A DNA stretch of 64,000 nt from Spirochaetales bacterium (lineage in GTDB: Bacteria; Spirochaetota; Spirochaetia; Treponematales; UBA12059). The DNA lies in assembly GCA_016926955.1 (NCBI GenBank), contig JAFGNN010000080.1:12483-76482 (forward strand). Direction: 5' to 3'. Positions 63,729 through 64,000 of the stretch are shown here, piece after piece. Each line of letters opens with the position of its first letter. Within the stretch, counting starts at the first letter, position 1. The notes beneath the pieces are model-generated. The model searched no databases. It saw only the letters and a program-made list of their open reading frames with translations, and was not told the origin of the DNA. Position numbers and translations under genes: made by a program.

Positions 63729-64000
63729 GTGCCCGTGCGGACCTTGCGGATCGAGGTACTGGGCTCATCCTTCACCATTCAAACCGACGAAACTCCCGAT
63801 TACCTCCGTGAGGTTGTCGCGCGTTTCACGCGCAAGGCCGACGAGGTGCGCGCCGCGAGCAGGGTTTCGGACCCGCTCAAGGTAGCCATACTGGCCGGCC
63901 TTTACCTCGTCGACGAGCTCGAGCGAGCCAAGACCGGAATGCGGGCCGACCCGGGCTCCGGTTCCGCCCGCGAAACGGCGGCGGCCATCGAGGCGGAGGC
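63729..64000 (+). CDS. zapA: cell division protein ZapA (5' part; continues past window)
   Basis: LRIEVLGSSFTIQTDETPDYLREVV...DPLKVAILAGLYLVDEL matches the ZapA pattern. GTG start. Open to the window end. Confidence 0.7.
   Translation, partial: MPVRTLRIEVLGSSFTIQTDETPDYLREVVARFTRKADEVRAASRVSDPLKVAILAGLYLVDELERAKTGMRADPGSGSARETAAAIEAE

Overview
Very GC-rich bacterial chromosomal segment. The codon bias creates many long spurious antisense ORFs, so calls rest on motifs, RBS/start context and operon logic; no database search was possible. The gene set (EF-G paralogue, FGE-type lipoproteins, rplT followed by zapB/zapA-like genes) is loosely reminiscent of Spirochaetota, but this is unverified. 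Order of content: (1) apt (3' part), gpmI, a ferredoxin, a CYTH protein and a thioesterase. (2) A lysine-riboswitch-led diaminopimelate/lysine operon: M20 deacylase, dapB, dapA, dapD, aminotransferase, lysA. (3) A divergent arsR / thioredoxin-like / ArsP-like permease / acr3 / arsC arsenic operon. (4) prfC and a GNAT gene. (5) An array of inverted repeats derived from the tRNA-Val 3' end. (6) A ~15.1 kb island (19075-34226) bounded by a perfect 42-bp direct repeat of the 3' part of tRNA-Val(UAC). (7) pfkB kinase, lon, a UDP-sugar activation cluster, an outer-membrane-like protein, a rhodanese, an M23 peptidase, nrdR-nrdD-nrdG, lhr, an EF-G paralogue, tRNA-Pro and tRNA-Arg, and infC-rpmI-rplT-zapB-like-zapA. 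The island has no recognisable integrase and a patchy composition. It carries the most interesting candidates: a WYL regulator followed by a single-polypeptide PLD-nuclease/HAS-barrel/HerA-ATPase fusion. Divergently, it carries a four-gene operon: double AAA+ ATPase, degenerate SpoIIE/PP2C-like protein, PD-(D/E)XK-like protein, and a DUF2779 Cas4-like nuclease-exonuclease. It also holds a DUF5131 (Gp37/Gp68) cassette and a nested AT-rich insertion. Outside the island, nrdD appears naturally split. Its glycyl-radical motif sits on a separate small ORF fused to a thioredoxin-fold domain, with a MITE-like palindromic element (second copy after lon) in the gap.
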